This document shows positions 37,024-37,288 of a stretch of 37,288 nt of DNA, one piece after another. Position numbers and translations under genes: made by a program. Below the pieces are notes generated by a model. The model was given only the letters and a program-made list of their open reading frames with translations. It had not been told where the DNA came from and searched no databases. The stretch is taken from sequence record DRR723986_6309; one strand, 5' to 3'. The stretch's first letter is position 1; every line of letters begins with the position of its first letter.

Positions 37024-37288
37024 CTAGCTGCGCGCCATCTGCGCGCGATCAAAGGCGCCAGGCAACAGCGCGCCCACCGTTGTGCGATGGGTGGCGCCAT
37101 CGGTGGTGGCCAGCAGCACCGGCACATCGGGCCCGGCAAATTCGGCCAGTTTCTGGCGGCACCCCCCACAAGGGCTGACCGGCACCGGGCTGTCGGCAAT
37201 CACGCAGATTTCGGCAATCTGGCGCCCCCCCGCCGCGGCCATGGCCGCGATGGCCCCCGCCTCGGCGCAGGTGCCCTCGGGGTAGGCC
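37024..37288 (-). CDS. cdd: Cytidine deaminase, 3' part (start lies beyond the window's right edge)
   Basis: AYPEGTCAE and SPCGGCRQKLAEF zinc motifs, LLPGAF. Confidence 0.95.
   Translation of the reverse strand, partial: AYPEGTCAEAGAIAAMAAAGGRQIAEICVIADSPVPVSPCGGCRQKLAEFAGPDVPVLLATTDGATHRTTVGALLPGAFDRAQMARS

Noticed and set aside
32828-37288. cdd-deoA-deoB-add-upp cluster as a novel nucleotide-depletion defence system
   Set aside because: All are standard nucleoside salvage enzymes in an ordinary housekeeping operon with genome-typical composition.

Overview
GC-rich alphaproteobacterial chromosomal segment whose gene order and protein sequences fit Rhodobacteraceae/Roseobacter-like organisms. 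It is almost entirely core genome, with no mobile element, CRISPR array, rRNA or tRNA seen. In coordinate order: ftsH (partial), tilS, cpoB, pal, tolB, tolA, tolR, tolQ, ybgC, thpR, hypothetical, ruvB, ruvA, ruvC (all minus); a DUF1127 small protein (+); prmA, MATE and MFS transporters (-); YeeE/YedE (+); priA (-); fsa, DUF484, xerC, pcs (+); ileS (-); an AT-richer 1.7 kb patch; a group III truncated globin (+); ycjF, GNAT, ycjX (-); an M48-like protein (+); a SPOR protein and the nucleoside salvage genes upp, add, deoB, deoA, cdd (all minus, cdd partial). The best unannotated signals lie in 25.2-26.9 kb and are below the ORF track's size range: (1) an apparently leaderless 16-aa Ile-rich leader peptide (MTRILAIIIRIICPAL) with competing RNA hairpins directly upstream of ileS, a candidate attenuator; (2) two tandem tiny lipoproteins (38 and 24 aa) separated by a terminator; (3) a structured non-coding stretch. 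Also noted: Leu-Glu repeatedly encoded as CTA-GAG, an RNA cyclic phosphodiesterase inside the ruvCAB run, and putative LexA, FNR, LysR and RpoH sites. No searches were run, so novelty is unverified.
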